Position numbers and translations under genes: made by a program. DNA of 64,000 nt, from contig CM060732.1 of NCBI GenBank assembly GCA_030704615.1, forward strand, positions 434,001 through 498,000. The letters run 5' to 3'. The DNA is from Takakia lepidozioides (taxonomy: Eukaryota > Plantae > Bryophyta). The first letter of the stretch is position 1. Each line of letters starts with the position of its first letter. Below are positions 1 to 11,544 of the stretch, one piece after another. The notes beneath the pieces are model-generated. The model was not told where the DNA came from and searched no databases. It was given only the letters and a program-made list of their open reading frames with translations.

Positions 1-126
1 TAGTAGCATGCGGCATGCAATTGCAATCGGGCTAGGGACAAACTGTGCACGTGAAGGCTTACCCGTGCCGCATGTGAGGTCAAGAATCCGCCCTTGGACA
101 TCCGAGCACGTCTCCATGAGGGTTTG

Positions 127-776
127 TGTCACGGACATAGCCCAGAAGAACTTACCAGGATTCAATACCAGAAGTTACCAAGTTATCATGCTACCAAAAG
201 TTACCATGACTTATCGTGATTTACCATGATCTACCATGATTTACCATTACTTACCAAGTTACCGGGAGTTTACTAAATTATCAAGAGTAACTTGGGAAAC
301 TACTCAGGAAGCTTCCTTTGGAGGAAACTTCTCCATCAAGATACCTCATTTGTTTAAGGAAGCTTCTCCATCAAGAAACCTTTGTTCAATCTTGGAAACT
401 TCTCCAGCAAGAAACCTCCATAGGGGAAGCTTCTTGGGGAAGCTTCTTAGTAGCCAGTATGTAGGAGGCGAGACTAGACACTCTTCAGTCTCTCCAACAC
501 CAGTTCAAGCTACTCTTGTTTCCAGTTCCCAGTACTCCAGTCCAGTTCCCAGTACTCTAGCCCAGTTTCCAGTATCTGGTACTCCAGTCCAGTTTCCAGC
601 ATTCCAGTATTCAAGTCGTGTTCCAATATCTTGTACTCTTGTTCATTGTTATAAAGATCGTCTTGATTCATATTTACTCATCGTGCATTCGGCCACGCCG
701 ACCTTGACTTCTTGTCTAGCATTGTACCTCTAGTTTTATCTCTTGTTTGTGTTCAGTCATGTTCTCGTATTTGACA
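127..776 (+). repeat. 5' LTR of chromovirus
   Basis: Starts TGTCA and ends TGACA; its first ~400 bp are homologous to 5940-6327. Confidence 0.9.
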
Positions 777-778
777 GT

Positions 779-789
779 TTGGCGAGACT
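779..789 (+). promoter_or_regulatory. Primer-binding site, probably self-priming (Tf1-type)
   Basis: TTGGCGAGACT lies 2 nt after the LTR and is the exact reverse complement of AGTCTCGCCAA (6282-6292), 31 nt downstream of TATATATA in the LTR. Confidence 0.7.
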
Positions 790-814
790 AAAGTTTGTTC
801 TTTAGTTAGTTAAG

Positions 815-1855
815 ATGGAAGGCACATTTGCGGAAATGGTCACCACATTGCAGAGTCTTCAGCTCCAGATGCAAGAACTTTGTACATCTACCGCCCAATT
901 GCAAGCTGATCAGTCTCAAGATCTTGACAACGCTCTCCACAATTTGCAACAACAAATTTCAGAGTTAAAGGAGTCGAACAATGGATCTTCAACCATACGA
1001 GTCCATACTGCAACAGCTCCTACTGCAACGGTTCCTCTTCAACAGATTACGAGAGAACCAAAGATCAGCATGCCCGAGAAATTTGATGGGACGAGATCAA
1101 GATTTCACGGTTTTGTTCAACAAGTACGACTGTTCCTACGACTACATCCACAATGCTACCCCGATGAAGGTATTCAAGTGGGATTCGTGGGCACCCTTCT
1201 ATCAGGCACTGCCCTATCTTGGTTTGCACCGCTATTAGAAAAAAATTCGCATTTACTATATAATTTTGAAGCATTCATGTCCGAGTTCATTGCAACGTTT
1301 GGAGAGAATGATAGAGAGAGAGTTGCAGAAACAAAGATGCAAAATCTTCGACAAGGAACACGTCCTGCTTCCGTTTATGCTGCCGAATTTCGACAACTTG
1401 CGTGCGACCTCGACTGGAATGAGAAGAGCCTCATTAGTCAGTTTCGATGTGGACTAAAAGATGATGTAAAAGATTTGTTGCTGACAATGCCAAACGTGAG
1501 CACACTAAGTGAATTCATCACCCAAGTCATTGCATGCGATAATCGTTTGTTCGAAAGACGTCAAGAGAAGCGATCTGGATTGTCGACGACGCATCATGTC
1601 ACTGTTACTACGACACCAAATACAACGATCCATCAGACATCCAGTAGTGATCCTATGCAGATTGATGTTGTCCGATTCAAACCATTGACGCCACAAGAAA
1701 AACAAAGACGGCGCTCGAATGGATTATGCCTCTATTGCGGAGAAGAAGATCACATAGCATTAAACTGCCCCAACAAGAGAAGATTCAAAGCCCGGGGCAC
1801 AACTCAAGTGTTCGATACGAGGAGGTTGGAAAACGACGATGTCCAGTCACAGTAG
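815..1855 (+). CDS. gag: Gag (coiled coil, retrotransposon gag/PEG10-like capsid, CCHC zinc knuckle)
   Basis: 346-aa ORF containing PEKFDG, LRQG...YAAEF, DPMQID and CLYCGEEDHIALNC. Confidence 0.93.
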   Translation: MEGTFAEMVTTLQSLQLQMQELCTSTAQLQADQSQDLDNALHNLQQQISELKESNNGSSTIRVHTATAPTATVPLQQITREPKISMPEKFDGTRSRFHGFVQQVRLFLRLHPQCYPDEGIQVGFVGTLLSGTALSWFAPLLEKNSHLLYNFEAFMSEFIATFGENDRERVAETKMQNLRQGTRPASVYAAEFRQLACDLDWNEKSLISQFRCGLKDDVKDLLLTMPNVSTLSEFITQVIACDNRLFERRQEKRSGLSTTHHVTVTTTPNTTIHQTSSSDPMQIDVVRFKPLTPQEKQRRRSNGLCLYCGEEDHIALNCPNKRRFKARGTTQVFDTRRLENDDVQSQ

Positions 1856-1888
1856 GGACCATGCGGCTGGACACCACAAATTCCTTAC
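1828..1888 (+). promoter_or_regulatory. -1 ribosomal frameshift signal (G GAA AAC + H-type pseudoknot)
   Basis: Slippery-type heptamer 1828-1834 is in the gag phase and pol is in the -1 frame. Stem 1 is 1841-1848/1865-1872; stem 2 is 1852-1858/1882-1888. Confidence 0.7.
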
Positions 1889-4800
1889 CGAAAAAATGTC
1901 TCTTTCTACCTCCAGACCCTGCACCTTGCTTCAGAGTGCAAAATCGAGATATCATTGTAGAAGCACTTTTGGACTCATGAGCTTCAGCTTGTTTTATGGA
2001 CAAAAACTTTGCAAAACAACACAATTTAACGCTCGTAAAGAAGAAACTCTCGGCCCCCGTTGAAGTCATCGATGGACGACCGTTAGCATCAGGAAATGTG
2101 GACCATGAAACTCGACCACTTGAAGTGAAGCTTAAAGATCAAGCATCACATATTGTTTTCAATGTCATCCAGTCTCCAACGAATCCTGTGATCCTTGGAC
2201 TTCCCTGGTTCGTACTTCACAATCCCGACATCGACTGGCGATCGCGAAAAATTTCTGCAAGACAAAAATGTAGAAATATCAAAGGTATTCAACCCCTATT
2301 CCTTGGAGCTAGAGCTTTCATGAGAGCTACCAAAAAGGAGGCGGCATTTGCACTTTATGCGACTCCGATCAAGACCACAACAGACAAAGGTACTTCAACA
2401 TTACCCGCTCAATATCAAGATTTCAAAGATGTCTTCGAGAAGAAAAATGCAGACATGTTGCCAGAACATCGACCTTATGACTGTGCAATTGAGTTACAAG
2501 AAGGAGCCCAACCACCATTCGGCCCAATCTATAACTTATCCCAGACGGAGTTGGCTGCATTACGTGAATACATTGATGAAAATTTGTCGAAGCACTTCAT
2601 CCGACATTCAAAATCACCCGCGGGGGCGCCTATCTTGTTTGTGAAAAAAAAAGGACGGATCATTACGCATGTGTGTCGACTATCGCGGTCTCAACAAAGT
2701 CACAATCAAGAATCGTTATCCGTTGCCGCTGATTTCTGGGCTTCTCGACCAGCTGGGACGAGCGAAGATTTTCACCAAAATCGACTTGAGATGAGCCTAT
2801 AACCTTGTACGGATAAAAGAAGGAGACGAATGGAAAACAACTTTTCGAACAAGGTATGGACATTTTGAATACAGTGTTATGTCTTTCGGTCTTACCAATG
2901 CTCCAGCAATTTTCCAACATATGATGAATGACATCTTTCGAGAATTTTTAGATGACTTTGTAGTCATCTATTTGGACGACATTTTGATATTTTCACAAAA
3001 TGAAGAAGAACATGGCCGCCATGTACGCCTTGTCCTTGATAAATTAAGAGAAAGAGGACTATATGCCAAGTTGGAGAAATGTCTTTTTCATCAATCTGAG
3101 GTCGAATTTTTGGGCTACATTATTTCCGACAAATGCGTCTTTATGGATCAGAAGAAAATACAAACCATCATCGAGTGGATTAAACCAACTTCGGTCCGAG
3201 ATGTACAATGTTTTCTGGGCTTTGCAAATTTCTATAGAATCTTCATCAATGACTACTCCAAAATTGCTGCACCATTGACACGACTCACAGGGAAGGACAA
3301 ATTTGTATGGGACGAGAAGGCTGACCAGACATTTGAAAGGCTGAAGCAGGCATTTACAACGGCTCCAATACTGGTACATGCAGACCCATCTAAACCATTC
3401 TTCTTAGAAGCAGATGCATCGGACTTTGCACTTGGCGCGGTACTCTCGCAATACGGTACAGATGGCCGACTCCACCCTGTTGGTTTTCGTTCTCGCAAAT
3501 TTTCCGCTGCGGAGATCAATTATGAAATCCATGACAAAGAACTTCTAGCGATTATCGATGCTTTTGAGGAGTGGCGACATCTATTGGAGGGAGCTAAACA
3601 TCAGGTCACTGTCTATACCGATCACAAAAACCTCGAATATTTTATGAGTGCTCGTGTTTTGAATCGACGTCAAGCGAGATGGAGTATGTCACTAGCAAGG
3701 TTTGATTTTGTTATTACCTACCGTCCCGGACATCTTCAAGGAAAACCAGATGCTCTTTCTCGACGATCGTATCTTGCGCCAAAAGAAAAGGATGCAATTT
3801 TTGACCAACAAAAATCCATTATCTTGAAACCAGCAAATCTCCAATTGAATATGCTATCCATGTCCACCTATGACGATGCAGAGATCATAAAGGAGATTCA
3901 GGAAGCACTGAAGAGCGACCATTTTGCTACGACACTACGAAGTCAACTAAATCAACCTCGAGACAACCCACATGTTACAAACGACTTCGAATTCAAAGAT
4001 GGCTTACTTTACTTCAAGGGACTTCTCTATGTACCTCCAGGACCTACACGACTTCGAATTCTTCAAACATGTCATGATCTTCCGGCTGCAGGACATTTCG
4101 GCTTCAACAAAACATTGGAGTTGATATCCAGGGACTATTGGTAGCCGCAGATGTGGAAACTCGTGAAAGAATTCATAAAATCTTGTGACACGTGTGCTAG
4201 AGCGAAGGGACCACGACATCGACCTTACGGCCTTCTTCAACCATTACCCATTCCCGAGGGTCCATGGTCGTCCGTGTCTATGGACTTTATTACGGACCTT
4301 CCAATTTCTAAGACCACTGATTCAATCCTTGTTATTGTAGATCGTTTTACGAAGATGACACATTTCATTCCATGTAATAAGACGGTTACCGGCGAGGAAA
4401 CTGCAAGACTCTTCCTCAATAATATCTACCGCATTCATGGACTCCCGAAGGACATCGTATCTGATCGAGGACCACAGTTCATATCAAATTCTGGAGGGGA
4501 TTATTTCACATATTGGATACTAAGATCAACCTCTCTACAGCTAATCATCCACAGACTGATGATCAAACTGAATGTGTAAACCAGATTTTTGAGCAGTATC
4601 TTCGCTGTACGATAAATTATCACCAAGATAATTGAACGGACCTTCTGTCATTGGCTGAGTTTGCCTACAACAACACTATACATTCTTCGACCAAGCAAAC
4701 TCCATTTTTCTCCAATTATGGTCATCATCCTCGAGCAAACCCTTTCCACATGAAGACTGTTGGAAGCCCTGCTGCAGAAAACCTTGCTACTCATCTAGCT

Positions 4801-5336
4801 ACGATTCACAAGGAGCTTACATCCCACCTCGCAAAAGCTCAAAAACAATACAAGGAGTATGCAGATCAACGTCGCCAACTCCAACCCCAGTTCAAGGTCG
4901 GAGACCGTGTGTGGCTTCTTCGACGAGACATACAAACCTCGCGACCATCAAGAAAGTTGGATTATCAACGCCTGGGACCATTCAAAATTATTCGACAAAT
5001 AAATCCGTCAGTTTTCGGCTTGAACTCCCACGAAGTATGCGCATCCATCCAGTCTTTCATGTTTCATTATTGGAGTTGTATCATCCATCGAATATTCCAG
5101 GGAGAGTCTCCGTACCACCTCCACCAATCGAACTCAATCAAGAACTTGAGTATGAAGTCGACGAAGTCGTAGACTCTCGCATCAAGTATAAACGTCTTGA
5201 GTATTTTGTACATTGGAAAGGCTACGACATCAGCGAACAAACGTGGGAACCTTCATCCAACCTCGCCAATGCATCTGACAAAGTCCAAGAGTTTCATCAA
5301 CAATATCCGGCTAAGCCCCGAGCTACACGTCAATAA
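1834..5336 (+). pseudogene. pol: pol pseudogene: protease, RT, RNase H, integrase, chromodomain
   Basis: ALLDS*AS (protease site with a stop), YLDD, DASD...NYEIHDKELLAI, integrase zinc-finger His/Cys residues + SMDFI...SDRG, and a C-terminal EYEVDEVVDSR...YFVHWKGY...TWEP chromodomain. Several stops and frameshifts. Confidence 0.93.
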
Positions 5337-5925
5337 GACGTCACAACGATGATGTCAGCCAAGTTAGCTTCAAGGTGAAGACTCCACATTCAATGTACCT
5401 GATACACGCTAAGGAGGGAGGAGCACCACACATCAGTATATATAGCTACACTTCCAGCACTCTTGCATCTTGTATTGGCAGTATGGATTCACAAGAACCA
5501 GATACATTGGAGTTATCACTTACCCAGCTACCAGATCAGCCATTCCGACTCTCACGACCTTCAACATCACGCCGACGCTCTCGAGACGATGGGCCACCAA
5601 TGCGATGCATACTTCCTCGTCTGAACCCCGTTCGACGGCAAGTGAAGCCTACTCGAAGTCTGATAATTTTGTTGGAGGTTGAGGCTTCGGACCCAGAGGG
5701 CAACGAAATCATGTTTGAAGGCAGCTTCGAAAATCAGAATGCTCAAATCAATGCGTGGTCCCAAGTTCAAGGTGTTGGACACTATTGATGGTTGCAGGGA
5801 CCTATAAATCATTTGAGTCAAGAACGAAGAGCCGAATAGTTGGCAAGTACCATTCGCCGGATTTTCGATTTTCTCCAACTCTAAGCAAGTCCAAGATTTT
5901 ACCGCTCCTCGAGGAACTCGGCGCT

Positions 5926-5939
5926 AGAAGAGGGGGTGA
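5926..5939 (+). promoter_or_regulatory. Polypurine tract
   Basis: AGAAGAGGGGGTGA immediately before the 3' LTR TG. Confidence 0.85.
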
Positions 5940-6327
5940 TGTCACGGACATAGCCCAGAAGAACTTATCAGGATTAAATACCAGAAGTTACCAAGTTACC
6001 ATGTTACCTAAAATTACCATGACTTACCGTGATTTACCATTACTTACTAAGTTATCGCAAGTTTACCAAATTACCAAGAGTAACTTGGGAAACTATTTAG
6101 GAAGCTTCCTTTGGAGGAAACTTCTCCATCAAGATACCTCCTTTGTTTAAGGAAGCTTCTCCATCAAGAAACCTTTGTTTAATCTTGGAACCTTCTCCAA
6201 CAAGAAATCTCCATAGGGGAAGCTTCTTGGGGAAGCTTCTTAGTAGCCAGTATATATAGGAGGCGAGACTGGACACTCTTCAGTCTCGCCAACACCAATT
6301 CAAGCTACTCTTGTTTCCATTTCCCAG
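5940..6327 (+). repeat. 3' LTR of chromovirus, truncated by the MULE-A terminus
   Basis: Homology to the 5' LTR stops at TTCCCAG (6327), where GAGGTTTGCTATTTCATGAGC begins. Confidence 0.9.
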
Positions 6328-6699
6328 GAGGTTTGCTATTTCATGAGCATGAGAGGCATGAGCGGCATGAGCGGAGTAGTAAGACAATCGGTTTTCATGA
6401 GCAGAAGTACAAATTTCGAAAATAAAAAACAATAAAAAACAATAATTTAATGCAATGTGTCAGGAAAAACAAATATATTATTCGGCCCCTTGAAGGGAAA
6501 ATTGCAGTTTTGACAGTTGTGCTCATGATATTTCGTCTTCCGCTCATGCCAATTCCCAGCGACATGTGCAAATATGGCGCCGAATTTCACGGTAATAGGG
6601 TCCGTAACCTGAAAAAACGGCGACGTATTTCGCGGTAATAGGTCTCTCTGGTGAAAATTGGTGCCGAATTCCGCGGCTATAGGTCCCCTCATGACAGGT

Positions 6700-7003
6700 A
6701 ATTCGGCGCCATTTTTCCAGTGCATGTTCGGACTTAGCCAGTTTTTGGCGCAAAATAGGGAAATTCGGCGCCATTTTTCCAAACACTGTACCAGTGCATG
6801 TTGGGACTTAGCCAGTTTTCGGCCCAAAAAAGAGAAATTCGGCGCCATTTTTCCAGACACGGTACCAGTGCATGTTGGGACTTAGCCAGTTTTCGGCCCA
6901 AAAAAGAGAAATTCGGCGTCATTTTCCCAGACACAGGTACCAGTGCATGTTGGGACTTAGCCAGTTTTCGGCCCCAAAAAGAGAAATTCGGCGCCATTTT
7001 TCC
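6700..7003. repeat. Subterminal tandem repeat (~62-76-bp units) with AAATTCGGCGCCATTTT core
   Basis: Five quasi-palindromic GGCGCC-centred cores; mirrored at 30650-30900. Confidence 0.85.
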
Positions 7004-7160
7004 ATAAATGGCCCCACAACTGCTTCTGTTGGATCTCAGTTTGAATGGAATATTGCCTCATTCCAGGAGTTTTGGGGTGCATTTCATTACACTGCAAAAA
7101 AAAGTCTGATACAACAAAATGCAATTGAAAATATCCATATGGAGGATTCCCTTTGCCCCA

Positions 7161-10100
7161 TCAATGATTTCTGGAATCCCTAAGGAGGAGTTTGTGCAGC
7201 TCGTTCACGCTCAACGCCGGTGCATGAATAAAGTCATCAATAGTCACGTTCATCCTCAACCTCTTCAGGTAAATGTAATACAGATGCTTGCACGGATAAT
7301 ACTTCAAACCCTTCTTTGCTTCCATCAACGAGAAGTCCGTACAATTGCAAGTCGACTCCACTCCAATCGTAATTGTGTATACATCGTCGCGTACAGCCGA
7401 GCCAGCCGTTGTCATCCGATACACACGCCCAAGGCCGGGTGGGGGTACGTCCACGGAGCTCTGAATAGTGCAAGCCATCCCAAGAGCACTGGCAATCCGA
7501 GTCTCATTCAACTTGTTGGGAGGGTGTTGTCTCTTCACTCTTCCGAATCGCATTGTGGGATCTGCAGAATTGTCCAAACCGTCTCTACTGGACGGAGCAG
7601 CCTGCAATGACTGGGTCTGAGGAACTGGAAACGAGTGGGCCGGGACGTCTGTGCGTTGCACCATTCGAAATCCTGCTGCAGAAAGAGCATCCGCCTCATT
7701 CTGAGAGAGGTTGCAACCCAGTGCAACAGGTCAGACGCCCGGAGGCTCGGGCATTCCCTGAATTCCGTACTTGGGCTTGCCAAATATACAGGTCATTATG
7801 TCATGCCTACAGAACCAAAACGTCTGCGTTGTGGCGTGAGCAAATGTGGGAGTCAAAAATCTGCCGCTGAAACAAGGTGCAGGTACAGCACCGTGTGGGT
7901 TCCTCCGAATCATCTCACCACAGCGTGCTCTCGTATCCACCCGGATGGCGCAGCACTTCCCTCGAAATGCCGACAATGTCCTTGCTATTCTCTACTGTGA
8001 CTCCGACACTCTTGTCTCCACAATGGGTATGTTCTACTGCGTTACTACATATGGCTCATTATGTTCCGCGGACACGTGCCCTGTGCTCAAAGGAGATGGC
8101 GATCTTGAACGTGCAGGACTTGCGGTGCTCGACGAGACCTCCTCAGGCAACATCACCGGACCACGAGGGAGCGTGCGAATATTTTTGTCAGCTCGCCATG
8201 AATCCTCTTCTCCGCCAGGTGCCTCGTCAAGTCTTCGTCTCACTGGATGGGTATGAACATCTCCTTCCAAATGTTGGCCTCTTCGCAGCAATGGCGTGTC
8301 CCGAAGGCCCTCTCGCAAGGCCGCCGCCCACTTCCGAGGATTCTTCGATCTAGAGGCAGTCCGGATCAGCATTTCCTGCCTGTCCGGCCCCAAGCCCCAC
8401 TGTTTCCCTTTCAAGAACTCGTTGTACCTGCATTGCTGCATAATTGACCTCACAATGTCCTCCGTTGTGGCAGTGAGGATGTCCACCAGATGCGCCGCAG
8501 AGGAGGCACGCCAGGAAGAGTGCACTGATTCGGCCATGTTTGTCGTGGGCATGTTGGTGTCGGAGTCGAGACACATTTCCTGCACAAGCACATGTTGAGG
8601 TTACAAGCAAGTTACAAATATGACCAAGAATAATATTCAACGGGACGCGAATTCGTGCAACTCACCTCCTGCATATAGTCGCCGAACTGGAGGAAACGAT
8701 AATGCCACCATGCTAGCCAACTGACCATTGCTCCCTCGTCTGATTTCCTTACAGCACCTGACGATGTCCACCAAGCCCGTATACATGCAAACTGTGTCTC
8801 TGCATCATCCAAGGTGGGAGCGCGCTTCCACGCAAGGCACATGGAACGGTGCTCCTCTCTGAAATCTGGCGCCACGAGCCTGGTTGTGTACTGCGAAAGG
8901 CTCTGCAGAAAATGGAACCCACAAGATCTCTCCTTGCCTTCCATGGGAACATTGGGGTCTTGCCCGTACACCCTTCGGATGGCAGCCCAATTTGCTTGTG
9001 CGTTGTCCGCCATGAAACCACGGAAATTCGGAGGGGGCAATCCCGCCTTGGCCATCTGTTCGTTTATTCCCTGCCAAAGAAGCATCTCCGATTGTGTGTC
9101 CTCTCCTTTCATCTCACAAATAGCAATTGTCATTAGCATCCTGCAGTGGGTGTCGTAGACATGTGCACCCATTGTCACCCACTGGTGATTTGTAATTCGC
9201 TTGATATGGTCGAACATGACCCAACTGTTTGACAAGTCCCCACTCGTCATCCTATCGACCAGTTCGACGCCGCTGCCAGGTCCACACGTGGACATTTTGA
9301 ATACGAAACAACGATCTGCCTCAGTCCCTTGTCCTGGAAACCTACTTCCATGAATGTAGTCATATCCACATCGTCGCTTCACCTCCAGAATGGAGTGCAT
9401 ATTCGAGCCACGCCCAATTTTCTGTTTGCATGAAACAATGTGGTTTCGGACATTCGGTGAACATACGTGGGACACCGACTCCAGCAATGCCTCCATTTCC
9501 TTCTCGTCGAGAGGAACTCTATCGGAGCCGTCTTCCGACATAATTCTGGCCAATGCCATCTTATGGGCGGCTTGGAGCTATATCTGTTTGGGTTTGGCAC
9601 CCGGTCTCAACTTAACCTCCTCATGAACGAGCTGCTCTGCTTCGTGGGCAGCCTCCCGCGAGTTCCCCCTCGCCAATTTGTGACAATGGGAACCAACGTG
9701 TATGCAAGCTCGAGTGAGGTCAGGGAAACGGTGCAACACATAGAACTGCTTGGCATTACTAACAGACATGCAATGTGGTGGTTCTTTGCAATGCGCACAC
9801 TTAAATGTGGAGTTTGGAACCTTCTCCTGAGCTCGAAATGGTTGATGAGCTGTGCCTGTCCAATCGGTCTCGTTCCTGTGACCTCTGGATTTAAAGTGGA
9901 AGCAAGTTGGGGAGAAACACCGCAACGCGCCCGCACAAACAACGTAGCGCACCCGCACACCATCAAGCATCTTCATGCTGGTGGTTTTGGTAACGCACCA
10001 AGGATGACCGTCATGTTTTCTATCCATATCTGTCAACATTCCGGACGCCCTCGAGTAGTCCGCCCGAGGAGGGAACTCAAAGAAGATATTACCGTCGACG

Positions 10101-10768
10101 TCGGCGGGAAGGCATGTAACCGATTTAATTGTGAACTTGCTGTAGTCCAGCCCGGCCAGCTCCAACCGGTGTCCCTCCAGGTGAAGCCCTCGCAGAATTT
10201 CAAGAATAGATCGAACTGCGGTGCTCGTGCTAGGAATATGACTCCCTCCTCCACTGACGTCCATTGAGGACTTGCCTGATCTCCAGGACAACCTCGGAAC
10301 TTCCATGACCTCGTCTGAGTTGGACAGGTTGTGAACAACCCGGTTCTCGCTCGTCTTCATGGATGGGTTCGGCTCTGGATTTACTTCGTTGCGGACTTCT
10401 CTCTTTGAGGTAGCCACTCTCTGATTCGCGGATTGTTTCGTGGAAGGCGCCAGGATAGAAGGTGCATTTGGCGGGCAAATGAAGTCCCCAACAGCCCTGT
10501 ATATGACGTTGTCTGATGGTAGAACTCGCCATTCCCTGCCATCACCGAAATCATCGTGGAGCACAACAATACTCTCGACAACAAGGCCGTTTGAGTCCTT
10601 CCTTTCCTCCTCCAAAAAAGCCGACCCCAGTTTTAGGTGGTATCGAACGCACAGATATTTCTCCATCACCCGGCAGATGTCCCCTCTGCACGGAAATGAA
10701 GCTCTATGCTCGTGAGGAGGGCAGTACACTGTAGCGCTCGGGTTTTCCGCCATGGGAGATGTGCACAC
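7161..10768 (-). pseudogene. MULE transposase A: GCM/WRKY-like zinc domain, DDE core, C-terminal SWIM; one intron 8665-8580; three in-frame stops
   Basis: DGHPW...CAGALRC...CAHC...HVGSHCH; WVMFD; FMAD...CGFH; TNMAESVH; CNCTDF...PCKH. The ORF pieces are in one frame across the stops at ~9578, ~8034 and ~7731, and a phase-0 GT-AG intron joins MQE|EMC. Confidence 0.82.
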
Positions 10769-11019
10769 AAGACTGCCAAGATGGCGTGCGGGGAAGCTCC
10801 CTGGTAGAAGGGGGATGTAGCAATGGGAAGGAATGCGGTGCCGATTTGTTCGAGCGATGAAGCCTGATCCAAATCCAGGGAGCCAACTATCTCAAAAATC
10901 CACAGTCAGAGTGTTAATGAACCTTGTCTCCGGAATGCGGCCCCTGGTCTTTGCGCAATAACTGCCATTGGTATGCAGTCAGAAAGTGGGGGGCCGTCCG
11001 GATGATGACGGCTGAAGGG

Positions 11020-11544
11020 GAGAAGTCGGCACCGTGCCGTCACATTACTACCCCCGAATGGAAATTCGGCACCCAATATCCAACAGGGGCCGCACGGATG
11101 AAGTCGTCTGGGGCAGACATGCCGGCACCTGTCCGACAGAGAACATCCCCCGGACGGAAATTCAGCGCCGAATTTCCATTCGGATCCCCCCAAAGGAAGT
11201 CATGTTGGGGGGTCAGGCCGAAGACTGGCCGACATAAAAACCTACGCGGATGGAAAACCGGCGCCGAATTTCCATCCGAGGCCTTTCGGATGCAGTCGGC
11301 TCGGGGGAAAGGCCGCCATTTGGCCCTCACATTACCACCCCCGGACCGAAATTCGGCACCGAATATACAACACGGGAAGCCCGGATGAAGTCGCCTCGGG
11401 CGTAGAGGCCGGCGCGTGTGCGACAGAGAATATCCCCTGGATGGAGATTCGGCGCCGAATTTCCATCCGGGCCCCCCCAAAGGAAGTCGTGTCGGGGGGT
11501 CAGGCCGAAAACTGGCCGGCATAAAAACATCCCCAGATGGAAAA
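11020..11544. repeat. ~290-bp tandem duplication with GGAAATTCGGCGCCGAATTTCC-type palindromes
   Basis: 11040-11255 resembles 11330-11544; palindromes at ~11157, ~11252 and ~11443. Confidence 0.75.

Larger units (their letters stand above)
127..6327 (+). mobile_element. Ty3/gypsy chromovirus LTR retrotransposon (Tcn1/Tf1-sushi-like), decayed; 3' LTR truncated
   Basis: LTR TGTCACGGAC...TTGACA at 127-776 recurs from 5940. Domain order is gag-PR-RT-RH-INT-chromodomain, with a PPT before the second LTR. Confidence 0.95.
6328..11544 (-). mobile_element. Mutator-like DNA transposon family A, copy 1 (upstream end lost)
   Basis: Contains a MULE transposase; its terminus at 6328 is shared with the reverse complement at 31286; abrupt junction to gypsy RT sequence at 11545. 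Confidence 0.8.

Noticed and set aside
6447-7183. Multiple short ORFs in repeats (also 22112-23427, 30613-31273, 32214-33194, 44707-45566, 48368-49640, 63404-63886)
   Set aside because: By-products of tandem repeats or LTR sequence with no protein motifs.
9467-10267. 266-aa plus-strand ORF
   Set aside because: Antisense shadow of the transposase A coding region.
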